Origin: an uncultured Spirochaetales bacterium
Lineage (GTDB): Bacteria > Spirochaetota > Spirochaetia > Sphaerochaetales > Sphaerochaetaceae
Direction: 5' to 3'
DNA: 40,088 bases
Assembly: GCA_947305945.1 (NCBI GenBank)
Contig: CAMZFA010000001.1
Location: forward strand, 1-40,088
Position 1 is the stretch's first letter. Each line of letters starts with the position of its first letter. Below, piece after piece: positions 17,278 to 26,079 of this stretch. Both the position numbers and the translations under genes were made by a program. The notes under the pieces were generated by a model that searched no databases, was not told where the DNA came from, and saw only the letters and a program-made list of their open reading frames with translations.

Positions 17278-19791
17278 TCAGCCTTTTACAACAAAACTCA
17301 CAAGTTTATTGGGAACAAAGATTTCCTTTACAATTGTCTGACCTTCAAGGTAACGCTGTACGTTCTCGTTCTCCTTTGCCAGAGCCATTGCATCTTCCTT
17401 TGACAGGCCCTTTGCACATTCAATCCTGGCCCTGACCTTGCCGTTTACCTGGACAACGAACTGAATGGTATCGTCCACGGTGAGGGCGGCATTGTACTGC
17501 GGCCAGTTCTCATTGCACACGCTGGGCCTGTGTCCGGCCTTCTCCCAGAGTTCCTCACACATATGGGGCACGTAGGGGGTAAGGATGAGGATGAACGGTT
17601 CCCATGCCTCGCGGGGCAGTGTGTCCAGTCTGGCAAGTTCGTTCACGTAGATCATCATCTGGCTGATGGCCGTGTTGAAGTTCAGCGTCCTTGTGTCGTC
17701 TCCAACCTTCTTTATTGTCTTGTGCAGTGTTCTGAGCAGCTCTTCCGGGGCCTTGTCGTCCGTGACGGGTTTTTCCTCGGAGAGTCTCCAGATTCTGTCT
17801 ATGAAGCGCCAGACTCCGGCAATTCCGGTGGTGCTCCACGGCTTTGAGACCTGAAGCGGGCCCATGAACATCTCATACATGCGCATTGTGTCTGCACCGT
17901 ACTGGGAAATGACCTCATCCGGGTTGATGACGTTCTTCAGGCTTTTGGACATCTTGGCAATTACGCGCTCAAGTTCCTCTCCGCTTTCAGTGTCAAAGAA
18001 CCTGCCGTCCCTCTCTTCTACCTGGTCGGAGGGAACAAGGCTCTTGTTCTTCTTCTGGTATGCGTAGGCTGTGATCATGCCCTGATTGACCAGTTTCATG
18101 AAGGGCTCCGGGGTGGAGACAAGTCCAAGGTCAAAGAGGACCTTGTGCCAGAATCTTGCATACAGCAGGTGCAGAACCGCATGTTCCGTTCCGCCTATGT
18201 ACAGGTCTACCGGCATCCAGTATTTTTCCTTGTCCTCTCCCACAAAGCGGTTGTTGTTGTGCGGATCTATGTAGCGCAGGTAGTACCAGCAGGAGCCTCC
18301 CCACTGGGGCATTGTGTTTGTTTCCCTCTTTGCGTCTTTTCCGCATCTGGGGCACTTGCAGTTCACCCAGCCTGTAATGTTTGCAAGCGGGCTTTCTCCC
18401 GTGCCGGAAGGCTGGTAGCTTTCAACATCCGGAAGTGTGAGCGGAAGCTCCTCATCAGGAACGGTGACTGTTCCGCAGTCCGGGCAGTGAATGAGGGGAA
18501 TGGGCTCTCCCCAGTATCTCTGGCGGCTGAAAATCCAGTCCCTGAGCTTGAAATTGACCGTTCTGTGACCTATGTGCTTCTCCTCAAGGAAGCCAAGCAT
18601 CTTCTCAATTGCATCGGCCTTGTTAAGTCCGTCCAGGAAGCCGCTGTTCACGTGAAGGCCGTCTTCGGTCCACGGCTGCTCCTGTACGTCCACACCGCTC
18701 TTGAGGACTTCAACGATGGGTAGTCCGAACTTTTTTGCAAACTCCCAGTCCCTTGTGTCATGGGCGGGAACGGCCATAATTGCACCGGTGCCGTAGGAAA
18801 TGAGTACGTAGTCTGCAATCCAGATGGGAATTTCCTTTCCGTTGACCGGGTTGATTGCATAGCTTCCGGAGAAGACGCCCGTCTTTTCCTTTGCAAGGTC
18901 CGTTCTGTCAAGGTCGCTCTTCTTTGAGGCCTGGTCCAGATAGGCAAGAACCTCTTCCTTTCTGTCTGCGGTTGTGAGCTTTGAGATGAGCGGGTGCTCG
19001 GGAGACACAACCATGTAGGTTGCACCGAAAAGGGTGTCACATCTTGTTGTGAAGACCTCAAGCTTTTCATCAAGGCCCTTCACTCCGAACAGGACGGATG
19101 CTCCTTCGGAGCGACCTATCCAGTTTCTCTGCATGAGCTTGACGCTTTCCGGCCAGTCCACAAGGTCCAGGTCGTCCAGCAGGCGCTGTGCGTAGTCCGT
19201 TATCCTCAGAACCCACTGTCTGATGTTCTTCTTCTCAACCTGTGTGCCGCATCTTTCGCACTTGCCTTCCTTTACCTCTTCATTGGCAAGGCCGGTCTTG
19301 CAGTGGGGACACCAGTTGATGGGGGCCTGGCTTTCATAGGCAAGGCCCTTTTCCCAGAGTTTCTTGAAAATCCACTGAGTCCATTTATAGTATTCCGGAT
19401 CGGAGGTGCTGACCTCTCTTGTCCAGTCATAGCAGAAACCCAGTCTCTTGATCTGCCTTCTGAAGTTGTTTATGTTCCTCCCGGTTGTGATTGCCGGGTG
19501 TGTTCCGGTCTGGATGGCGTAGTTTTCCGCAGGAAGGCCGAAGGAGTCAAATCCCATGGGATGAAGCACGTTGTAGCCGTTCATCCTGAGGTACCTGCAG
19601 TAGATGTCCGTTGCAGTGTAGCCTTCGGGGTGTCCTACATGAAGTCCCGCTCCGCTGGGATAGGGGAACATGTCAAGGACATAAGACCTTTTCTCCTCGG
19701 GGAAAGAAGGGTCCTCGGTGACTGTGAAGACGCCGTTGTCTTCCCAGTATTTCTGCCATTTTGTCTCAACGTTTTCAAAAGGATAACTCAT
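17278..19791 (-). CDS. leuS: Leucine--tRNA ligase
   Basis: Starts [26 protein letters not shown] motif is [10 protein letters not shown] and KMSKS is present. The 38-codon upstream extension of the ORF is rejected because it lacks homology and a promoter sits at 19799-19827. Confidence 0.92.
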   Translation of the reverse strand: MSYPFENVETKWQKYWEDNGVFTVTEDPSFPEEKRSYVLDMFPYPSGAGLHVGHPEGYTATDIYCRYLRMNGYNVLHPMGFDSFGLPAENYAIQTGTHPAITTGRNINNFRRQIKRLGFCYDWTREVSTSDPEYYKWTQWIFKKLWEKGLAYESQAPINWCPHCKTGLANEEVKEGKCERCGTQVEKKNIRQWVLRITDYAQRLLDDLDLVDWPESVKLMQRNWIGRSEGASVLFGVKGLDEKLEVFTTRCDTLFGATYMVVSPEHPLISKLTTADRKEEVLAYLDQASKKSDLDRTDLAKEKTGVFSGSYAINPVNGKEIPIWIADYVLISYGTGAIMAVPAHDTRDWEFAKKFGLPIVEVLKSGVDVQEQPWTEDGLHVNSGFLDGLNKADAIEKMLGFLEEKHIGHRTVNFKLRDWIFSRQRYWGEPIPLIHCPDCGTVTVPDEELPLTLPDVESYQPSGTGESPLANITGWVNCKCPRCGKDAKRETNTMPQWGGSCWYYLRYIDPHNNNRFVGEDKEKYWMPVDLYIGGTEHAVLHLLYARFWHKVLFDLGLVSTPEPFMKLVNQGMITAYAYQKKNKSLVPSDQVEERDGRFFDTESGEELERVIAKMSKSLKNVINPDEVISQYGADTMRMYEMFMGPLQVSKPWSTTGIAGVWRFIDRIWRLSEEKPVTDDKAPEELLRTLHKTIKKVGDDTRTLNFNTAISQMMIYVNELARLDTLPREAWEPFILILTPYVPHMCEELWEKAGHRPSVCNENWPQYNAALTVDDTIQFVVQVNGKVRARIECAKGLSKEDAMALAKENENVQRYLEGQTIVKEIFVPNKLVSFVVKG

Positions 19792-19798
19792 GGCATCA

Positions 19799-19827
19799 AT
19801 CTTAATTTCTTTTATCCTAATATTCAA
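19799..19827 (-). promoter_or_regulatory. Putative leuS promoter: TTGAAT-17-TAAGAT, 7 nt from the ATG
   Basis: Minus-strand reading is TTGAAT (19822-19827), a 17-nt spacer, TAAGAT (19799-19804), tgatgcc, then ATG at 19791. Confidence 0.5.
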
Positions 19828-19911
19828 TCGGGGCAGTACTGCGGGGTGCCGGGTTGAACGCCGAAAAAAAATAAAACAACACCGTGACGGAAAAGCGTGT
19901 ATCATAGAGGC

Positions 19912-20610
19912 ATGAAACTTCTCGAGAAAATAGCATCACTTGTTCCTGAAAAGGAAAATGTTTTCATCTCCATAACGGGCGGCGGCGGAAAGTCTTCCCT
20001 CATGAAGGATCTTGCCGCATTCTACAAGGCACAGGGCAAGAAGGTCCTCATTACAACAAGCACCCACATTCAGAGCTATCTGTTCTACGACTGGGGGACG
20101 GACCGCAACTTCACCATGTTCGAGGAGGCATGCGCCTTCAATCCCGATGGTCCGTGCTGCATTCTCTATGCCAGCAACATGCAGGATGACGTTCAGAGAC
20201 TGAAAGCACCCTTTGAGGAAAGAGTTCATCAGTTGTCCCGCAGATATGATGTTACAATCTGCGAGGCGGACGGCAGCAGGCATCTTCCGCTGAAGTTCCA
20301 CACCTCCAGAGACCCGGTGATCTACCCGTTCTCGGATATCACAATTGCAGTGATGGGCGCCTGGGCATACGGAAAGGAGGCCTGGGAGGTGACCTTCGGT
20401 TATGACGGAGACAACCTTGTGGACCAGACCTTCCTCAACCATTACATTTCATCTCCGGACGGACTTCTCAAGGGCAGACCGGACTATGTTCTGGTCAACG
20501 GACTGGACGGAGACGTCAAGGCAGAGCCGTTCATGTTCCTCTCATGGCCCAGGGGGACAAGGGTACTGGGCGGAAGCCTTATGAACAACACTTTGGAGTT
20601 TGAGATATGA
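19912..20610 (+). CDS. yqeC: Selenium-dependent hydroxylase accessory protein YqeC
   Basis: Starts MKLLEK... with the P-loop-like [13 protein letters not shown] typical of the YqeC family. ATGA overlap with yqeB. Confidence 0.75.
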   Translation: MKLLEKIASLVPEKENVFISITGGGGKSSLMKDLAAFYKAQGKKVLITTSTHIQSYLFYDWGTDRNFTMFEEACAFNPDGPCCILYASNMQDDVQRLKAPFEERVHQLSRRYDVTICEADGSRHLPLKFHTSRDPVIYPFSDITIAVMGAWAYGKEAWEVTFGYDGDNLVDQTFLNHYISSPDGLLKGRPDYVLVNGLDGDVKAEPFMFLSWPRGTRVLGGSLMNNTLEFEI

Positions 20611-21404
20611 TAGACCGCCTGATGATTATCAGGGGTGCGGGAGATCTTGCAACGGGAACAGCCCTCAGGCTTCACAACTGCGGTTTTCCCGTAATCATGC
20701 TTGATATTGAAAAGCCCACAGTAATAAGAAGAACAGTCTCCTTTGCACAGGCCCTGTTCTCCGGAGAAACGGAGATTGAGGGAGTGAAAGCCCTGCGCTG
20801 CACATTGGAAAACGCTGAAACAACTGCGCGCAGCGGCATTATTGCCGTTGTGGCTGACCCCGGAGCAAAAATTCTGGACACCGTGAAACCGGCAGTTCTG
20901 ATAGATGCAATCATAGCCAAGAAGAACCTTGGCACATACAGGAACATGGCTCCTTTCACCGTGGCTCTGGGACCGGGATTTGAAGCCGGAAAGGACGTGG
21001 ATGCGGTAATAGAGACAAAGCGCGGCCATACTCTGGGTTCTGTGATCCGTGAAGGCTCTGCTGTTCCCAATACCGGAATCCCGGGTGTGATAGGAGGCTA
21101 CGGAAAGGAAAGGGTCATGCATTCCCCGTGCAGCGGAGTCTTTCACTCGGACCTTGAAATAGGGGCTCTTGTTGAAGCGGGTCAGACAATAGGAACGGTT
21201 GACGGGGTGCCCGTCATAACAGAGATTGCCGGAAAACTGAGGGGGCTTCTGTCCAGCGGTCTTCATGTTCCGGAGCACTTCAAACTTGCAGACGTGGACC
21301 CGCGCGGGGCTTCCGTTGACCATACAACTGTTTCAGACAAGGCCCGTGCCATAGCCGGCGGGGTGCTTGAGGCAGTCATGGGCTTTTTGTACGGAGGTTT
21401 CTGA
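20607..21404 (+). CDS. yqeB: Selenium-dependent molybdenum hydroxylase system protein, YqeB/EF2563 family (short ~265-aa form)
   Basis: 265 aa. N-terminus is MIIRGAGDLATGTALRLHNCGFPVIMLDIEKPTVIRRTVSFAQA. Positioned between yqeC and the desulfurase, as in the known clusters I recall. Confidence 0.75.
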   Translation: MIDRLMIIRGAGDLATGTALRLHNCGFPVIMLDIEKPTVIRRTVSFAQALFSGETEIEGVKALRCTLENAETTARSGIIAVVADPGAKILDTVKPAVLIDAIIAKKNLGTYRNMAPFTVALGPGFEAGKDVDAVIETKRGHTLGSVIREGSAVPNTGIPGVIGGYGKERVMHSPCSGVFHSDLEIGALVEAGQTIGTVDGVPVITEIAGKLRGLLSSGLHVPEHFKLADVDPRGASVDHTTVSDKARAIAGGVLEAVMGFLYGGF

Positions 21405-21406
21405 AA

Positions 21407-22543
21407 ATGCCCGCAAGAGTATATCTGGACAACGCGGCAACCTCCTTTCCCAAGGCTCCGGGTCTGGGACAGGTAATATCAACCTACATAGAGGAAGACT
21501 GCGTGAACATAAACAGGACGGACAGCCCTCTTGCAATGAAGAGCTTTGACTTTCTCATGGATTTGAGGGAGAACCTGTGCAGTCTTTTCAACTATCCCCA
21601 CCCGGAGTGCGTGATCTTCAGATCCGGTCTTACGGAGTCCATGAACTGGATAATCAAGGGGCTTCTGGAACAGGGCGACCATGTTGTTGTTACATCCCTT
21701 GAACACAACGCGGTAATGAGGCCTCTGGTACAACAGAAAATTTCATTTTCACGCATTCCCTGCAATGTTTACGGTTATTGCAGCGCAGAAGAGGCAGAGA
21801 AGCTGATAAGGCCGGAGACCCGTGCCATGATAATAAATGCGGCTTCAAATGTCTTCGGAACAGTTCAGGACCTGAAGGCTCTTTCACAGGTTGCTAAAAG
21901 ACACAATCTTCTGTTCATTGTCGATACCGCACAGTCCTGTCCCCATGTGAAGACGGACATGATGGATCTGGGGGCCGCAGCAGTATGTTTTGCCGGCCAC
22001 AAAGGTCTTCTTGGCCCACAGGGAACGGGAGGCTTCATAATCCGCAAAGACCTGGCCTCTCGGCTTGTCCCCCTGATTGCAGGAGGCACCGGAAGCAGGA
22101 GTGACAGCGAGGAAATACCGGACATGCTTCCGGACCGCTTTTCCCCGGGAACAGAGAATCTTCCGGGGCTGAGAGGTCTTGCCCACAGCGTTGAATATGT
22201 TCTGAACAACCTTGAAAATCTTGAAGAGACCACAAGGGAAAACACAAGGTACCTCTATGAGAAGCTTTCACAGATTGAGGGAATAAGGATTGTGGGACCC
22301 GGCCCGGACATGAGCAGAACACCCGCAATCTCAATAGTCTCCGACAGGGCGGACATTGCCGCTCTTTCTGCCGTTCTTGCGGAAAACGGAGTTGAGACAA
22401 GGGTTGGAATGCACTGTGCCCCTGCTGCCCATAAGGCCATGGGAACCTTCCCCGGGGGAACTCTGCGCCTCAGTGCCGGACCTTTTACCTCAAAAGATGA
22501 AATTGATTTTGCCGTAAAGATTCTGGCAGAGAACCCTGCCTGA
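21407..22543 (+). CDS. Class V aminotransferase-fold cysteine desulfurase / selenocysteine lyase (short-N-terminus EF2568-like type)
   Basis: 378 aa. Motifs YLDNAATSFPK, PLP-lysine context FAGHKGLLGPQGTGG and catalytic Cys context RVGMHCAPAAH are present. Confidence 0.85.
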   Translation: MPARVYLDNAATSFPKAPGLGQVISTYIEEDCVNINRTDSPLAMKSFDFLMDLRENLCSLFNYPHPECVIFRSGLTESMNWIIKGLLEQGDHVVVTSLEHNAVMRPLVQQKISFSRIPCNVYGYCSAEEAEKLIRPETRAMIINAASNVFGTVQDLKALSQVAKRHNLLFIVDTAQSCPHVKTDMMDLGAAAVCFAGHKGLLGPQGTGGFIIRKDLASRLVPLIAGGTGSRSDSEEIPDMLPDRFSPGTENLPGLRGLAHSVEYVLNNLENLEETTRENTRYLYEKLSQIEGIRIVGPGPDMSRTPAISIVSDRADIAALSAVLAENGVETRVGMHCAPAAHKAMGTFPGGTLRLSAGPFTSKDEIDFAVKILAENPA

Positions 22544-22670
22544 AGAAACTGAATAGAATACCGTCAAAAAAACTTCTCGGAAATCATCTTGAAAATCAGA
22601 TGTAAAATCTTGTCTCAAAACAGATAACTTTCATACCGGTTTTTACATGGAAAAAAGACGCAAAAAACCG

Positions 22671-22699
22671 TTGTATTCTGAAAAAAACAATGGTAGTAT
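22671..22699 (+). promoter_or_regulatory. Possible promoter of the yedE-selD operon: TTGTAT-17-TAGTAT
   Basis: TTGTAT (22671-22676), a 17-nt spacer, TAGTAT (22694-22699). About 38 nt of A-rich leader follows, with AGAGAGG before the ATG at 22738. Confidence 0.35.
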
Positions 22700-22737
22700 T
22701 CTTCCTTGGAAAAACAAAAAAGAGAGGTTAATTCCAA

Positions 22738-23802
22738 ATGAAAGAAAAACGCAATCTACTTATTGCAGGCCTGGTTATCGGTGTTATTTCGGTATTTCTG
22801 GTTCTGCAGGGAAACCCCAAGAACATGGGTTTCTGTATAGCCTGTTTTATTCGCGATATTGCAGGAGCAACAAAGCTCCACACAGCAGCAGTTGTCCAGT
22901 ATGTAAGACCTGAAATTCTGGGTCTTGTAATTGGATCATTCCTTATTTCTCTGTGCTTCGGAGAGTTCAAACCCCGCGGAGGCTCGGCACCCGTAACAAG
23001 GTTTGTCATTTCCTTTATAGTAATGATCGGCGCCCTTACATTCCTTGGCTGCCCGTTCAGAATGATTCTCAGACTCTCCGGCGGAGACCTCAATGCCCTT
23101 GTCGGTCTGTTCGGTTTTGCCTGCGGAATAGGATGCGGAGCATTTTTCCTTTCCAAGGGTTTCAATCTGGGTCGTACAAGTGAACAGAGAACCCTTGAAG
23201 GTGCAGCTCTTCCTGCAGTCAATGTTCTTCTTCTGATTCTTGTTCTTGCAGTTCCCGCACTGTTCGCCTTCTCGGAGAAGGGCCCGGGTTCAATGCACGC
23301 TCCCGTCATCCTTTCACTTGCTGCAGGTCTTGCAGTAGGTATTCTTGCCCAGAAGACAAGGCTCTGCATGGTAGGCGGAATCAGAGACACCATCCTGCTC
23401 AAGGACACAACACTGCTTGTCGGTTTCATTGCAATCTTTGCAGCAGCCCTTGTCATGAACCTTGTTACAGGCAACTTCAACCTCGGTTTTGCAGGTCAGC
23501 CCGTTTCACAGCCCAACCAGGTATTCAACTTCCTGGGCATGTTCACAGTAGGTCTCGGCGGAGCACTGCTCGGCGGATGCCCCCTCAGACAGCTCATTCT
23601 TGCAGGTGAGGGAAATTCAGACAGCGCAGTAAGCGTACTCGGAATGTTTGTCGGAGCAGCTTTTGCACACAACTTCAAGCTTGTCGGAAACGCAACGGAA
23701 GCAGGTCCCAACACCTACGGAAAGGCCGCTGTAATTCTCGGTATTGCTGTTCTGCTGGTAATAGGCTGGTACTACACATTCAAAAAGAAGGTGGCAAAAT
23801 GA
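22738..23802 (+). CDS. yedE: YedE-family putative selenium transporter
   Basis: 354 aa and polytopic. N-terminal motif NPKNMGFCIACFIRDIAGA and second-half GGCPLRQLILAGEG are present, the paired Cys-containing half-repeats of YedE/YeeE. Confidence 0.8.
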   Translation: MKEKRNLLIAGLVIGVISVFLVLQGNPKNMGFCIACFIRDIAGATKLHTAAVVQYVRPEILGLVIGSFLISLCFGEFKPRGGSAPVTRFVISFIVMIGALTFLGCPFRMILRLSGGDLNALVGLFGFACGIGCGAFFLSKGFNLGRTSEQRTLEGAALPAVNVLLLILVLAVPALFAFSEKGPGSMHAPVILSLAAGLAVGILAQKTRLCMVGGIRDTILLKDTTLLVGFIAIFAAALVMNLVTGNFNLGFAGQPVSQPNQVFNFLGMFTVGLGGALLGGCPLRQLILAGEGNSDSAVSVLGMFVGAAFAHNFKLVGNATEAGPNTYGKAAVILGIAVLLVIGWYYTFKKKVAK

Positions 23803-24005
23803 CGGAAGTTGATGCAAGAGGACTCAGCTGTCCCATTCCCGTAGTTGAAACCAAAAAGGCCCTCAAGGCCCACCCGGAAGGAGTGTGTGTGCTTGTGGAT
23901 GCCAAGGTTTGTGTTGAAAATGTTTCCCGTTTTGCCTCAGCAATGGGTTATAATGCCAAGGCAACAGAGGCAAACGGAGAATGGAAGATAGAAATAAGCA
24001 GATAA
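23799..24005 (+). CDS. yedF: TusA/SirA-fold sulfur/selenium carrier, YedF-like
   Basis: 68 aa with DARGLSCPIPVVETKKAL (the CPxP motif). ATGA overlap with yedE. Confidence 0.75.
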   Translation: MTEVDARGLSCPIPVVETKKALKAHPEGVCVLVDAKVCVENVSRFASAMGYNAKATEANGEWKIEISR

Positions 24006-24250
24006 TGACTGCAACATTCAGCAGTCACTACGGCGCAATGCTCACAAAGAAAAGACTGGGGGCAGGGTGTACCTTGAGGCCCATCCCCCGGTCTCTTTCT
24101 GCGTCCTGCGGCACCTGCGCCGTCATAGACGGCCATAGCCTTGAGGAGATAAAGGAAAGTTCAGGGGAATACCTTGAGGCCGTCTACATTGAAAATAAAG
24201 GAAGGTACGAGAAGATATATGAGTTCAATCCGTCTGACCAGTCTTGTTAA
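24005..24250 (+). CDS. DUF3343-like small Cys-containing protein, a putative Se/S carrier
   Basis: 81 aa from the ATG at 24005 (TAATG overlap with the yedF stop). Starts MTATFSSHYGAMLTKKRL with an ...SCGTCAV motif. The family call is from memory. Confidence 0.55.
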   Translation: MTATFSSHYGAMLTKKRLGAGCTLRPIPRSLSASCGTCAVIDGHSLEEIKESSGEYLEAVYIENKGRYEKIYEFNPSDQSC

Positions 24251-25247
24251 AACAAGCGGATGCGCCGCAAAACTGCCGCCTTCGGATCTGCACGCCGTAA
24301 TAGACAGCCTGCCGGTTCTTTCAAGCCCGGATCTCGTGGAGGGCTTTGAAACCGCGGATGACGCGCTTGTCTGGCGTGTGGGTGAAAACCGCGTCTGCGT
24401 ACAGACGGTGGATTTCTTCCCGCCTATGGTCGATGATCCGTATACCTTCGGCCAGATTGCCGCGGCCAACGCCCTCTCGGATGTCTACGCAATGGGCGGA
24501 GAGCCCTCGGTTTGCCTGAATCTCATGTGCTTCCCCGCCTGCCTCACGCTGGATGTCATGCGCAGAATCCTTCTGGGCGGCCTGGACAAGGCAAAGGAGG
24601 CCGGCGCGGTCATAGCCGGAGGCCACACCATTTCCGACCCCACGCCCAAGTACGGCCTTTGCGTCACTTCCTTCATGAATGAGGACGAGGTCTGGTCAAA
24701 CAGAACAGCCCTCCCGGGCGATGCCGTAGTGCTCACCAAGGCCCTGGGCGTAGGTATAGTCAACACCGCCGCCAAGGTGGACGAGGCTCCGGAGGAGAGT
24801 GTAAGACAGGCACAGGATTCAATGACCCGTCTTAACAGAAAAGCACGCGATATTGCACGTAAATACAGGATTCACGGTGCAACGGACGTAACCGGCTTCA
24901 GCCTTTCCGGCCACGGAAGCGAGGTTGCCGCAGCCTCCGGTCTTACATTGAAAATCAACACCGCAGACCTTCCTGTTATTGACGGAGCCCTTGAGCTTGC
25001 CCGTTTCGGCTTCCTGCCGGAGGGTCGTTATGCCAATGAGGAGTTCCTCAGGGACAAGGTCAGTTTTGCAGAGAATATCAAACTTGAAATGAGAGACCTG
25101 TGCTTTGATCCGCAGACAAGCGGCGGACTTCTTCTCTTCATGAGCCCCGGGGATGCCCGCTCTTATGTAAAAGAGATGGATATGGACTGCTGCAGGATAA
25201 TAGGGACAACTTACAAACAGGGAAAATACCTCATGGAGTACGTTTGA
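24219..25247 (+). CDS. selD: Selenide, water dikinase (selenophosphate synthetase), Cys-type
   Basis: Starts MSSIRLTSLVKTSGCAAKL. The catalytic Cys is TGC at 24261-24263, three residues before the Lys as in E. coli C17/K20. DFFPPMVDDPYTFGQIAAANALSDVYAMGG is present. Confidence 0.9.
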   Translation: MSSIRLTSLVKTSGCAAKLPPSDLHAVIDSLPVLSSPDLVEGFETADDALVWRVGENRVCVQTVDFFPPMVDDPYTFGQIAAANALSDVYAMGGEPSVCLNLMCFPACLTLDVMRRILLGGLDKAKEAGAVIAGGHTISDPTPKYGLCVTSFMNEDEVWSNRTALPGDAVVLTKALGVGIVNTAAKVDEAPEESVRQAQDSMTRLNRKARDIARKYRIHGATDVTGFSLSGHGSEVAAASGLTLKINTADLPVIDGALELARFGFLPEGRYANEEFLRDKVSFAENIKLEMRDLCFDPQTSGGLLLFMSPGDARSYVKEMDMDCCRIIGTTYKQGKYLMEYV

Positions 25248-25774
25248 TGCACATTTTCATTACAGGTGAAAAGCACGTTGGCAAAAGTACTGTGATAAGA
25301 AAAGTGCTTGAAGAGACCTCTCTCAAATACGGAGGTCTTTTTTCCGTCTCCGAATTTCAGGGCCCGGACAGGCTTGTCTATCTGACGGATGAAAGCGGGT
25401 CTGAAAGGAAACTCTGCGGAATATGTTCAAGTCAGCATGTGACGGAAAGGAGGCCGGAGGTCTTTGATACCGAAGGCGTGCGCCTTCTTGAAAAAGCCGC
25501 CCGGAGAAACAGCCTGATAGTCATTGACGAGATAGGAAACATGGAAAGCACGGCTGCCGTTTACAGCCGCACGGTGGAGAACCTTCTTGAGGACGCCGGA
25601 AAAACGGTACTGGGAGTAATCCAGAAAAGAGCATCATCGGAACTTGCCGCAAAAATAAGGGGAAATGCCGGTATCCTGATGTATACTGTTACTGAGGACA
25701 ACAGAAACGCCCTTGTCAATGAAATATCCGAGAGGCTGATCCGTGAACTGTGCTGTAAAACTGATTATAGGTGA
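25247..25774 (+). CDS. THEP1-like P-loop nucleoside triphosphatase (NTPase_1-like)
   Basis: Walker A is ITGEKHVGKST and Walker B is LIVIDEIGNME. It aligns along its length with Aquifex THEP1 as I remember it. TGATG overlap with the selD stop. Confidence 0.7.
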   Translation: MHIFITGEKHVGKSTVIRKVLEETSLKYGGLFSVSEFQGPDRLVYLTDESGSERKLCGICSSQHVTERRPEVFDTEGVRLLEKAARRNSLIVIDEIGNMESTAAVYSRTVENLLEDAGKTVLGVIQKRASSELAAKIRGNAGILMYTVTEDNRNALVNEISERLIRELCCKTDYR

Positions 25775-26072
25775 AAACCAACCCTCCGTGGGTCCCGGCC
25801 TGATTTCCCTTCTTGAGCTGATAAGGGAAAGCTCCAGCGTTATGGAAGCCGCCGAAAAGATGGATGTCTCATATTCAAAGGCCTGGAAGATAATCAGACA
25901 GGCCGAGGAAAACCTGGGAAAGAAACTTGTTTTGCGCAAAAGCGGAGGAACGGGCGGCGGAAGTGCGCAGGTCACACCCGAGGGACTGGCATTGATAAAG
26001 GCGTTCCGGAAGACCGAAAAACAGGTTTCAGATTTTGCTCGCAAAAAGGTACTTCTGAATTTCCCGTCCTGA
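25743..26072 (+). CDS. ModE N-terminal-domain-like winged HTH protein with no Mop/TOBE domain
   Basis: 109 aa. ISLLELIRESSSVMEAAEKMDVSYSKAWKIIRQAEENLGKKLVLRKSGGTGGGSAQVTPEG parallels the ModE N-terminal domain. The GTG start is uncertain and gives a 32-nt overlap with the NTPase gene. Confidence 0.65.
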   Translation: MNCAVKLIIGENQPSVGPGLISLLELIRESSSVMEAAEKMDVSYSKAWKIIRQAEENLGKKLVLRKSGGTGGGSAQVTPEGLALIKAFRKTEKQVSDFARKKVLLNFPS

Positions 26073-26079
26073 GGAGCGC

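Noticed and set aside
17266-17281. The palindrome AACCGGTT between the convergent DUF4416 and leuS genes, considered as a terminator.
   Set aside because: It is an 8-bp perfect palindrome with no loop and no T-run, and only 7 nt separate the two stop codons. It is not a credible intrinsic terminator.
19792-19905. A 38-codon extension of the leuS ORF, and the yqeC ORF start at 19897.
   Set aside because: LeuRS homology begins at [12 protein letters not shown] (ATG 19791). The extension covers the leuS promoter. For yqeC, the family-typical N-terminus starts at MKLLEK (19912).
22544-22913. An A-rich 194-nt spacer upstream of yedE considered as a riboswitch, and the 88-aa ORF at 22647-22913 considered as a leader peptide.
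   Set aside because: The spacer is poly-A-rich with no stable stems that I can fold by eye. The ORF runs out of frame into yedE with a Lys/Arg-rich, composition-driven sequence. Only a weak promoter call was kept.
24261-24263. A possible selenocysteine (UGA) codon in SelD, or another recoded selenoprotein gene in the island.
   Set aside because: The catalytic position is a plain TGC Cys codon. I found no pair of same-frame ORFs split by a TGA in 19.9-32.4 kb, and no tRNA-Sec-like sequence.
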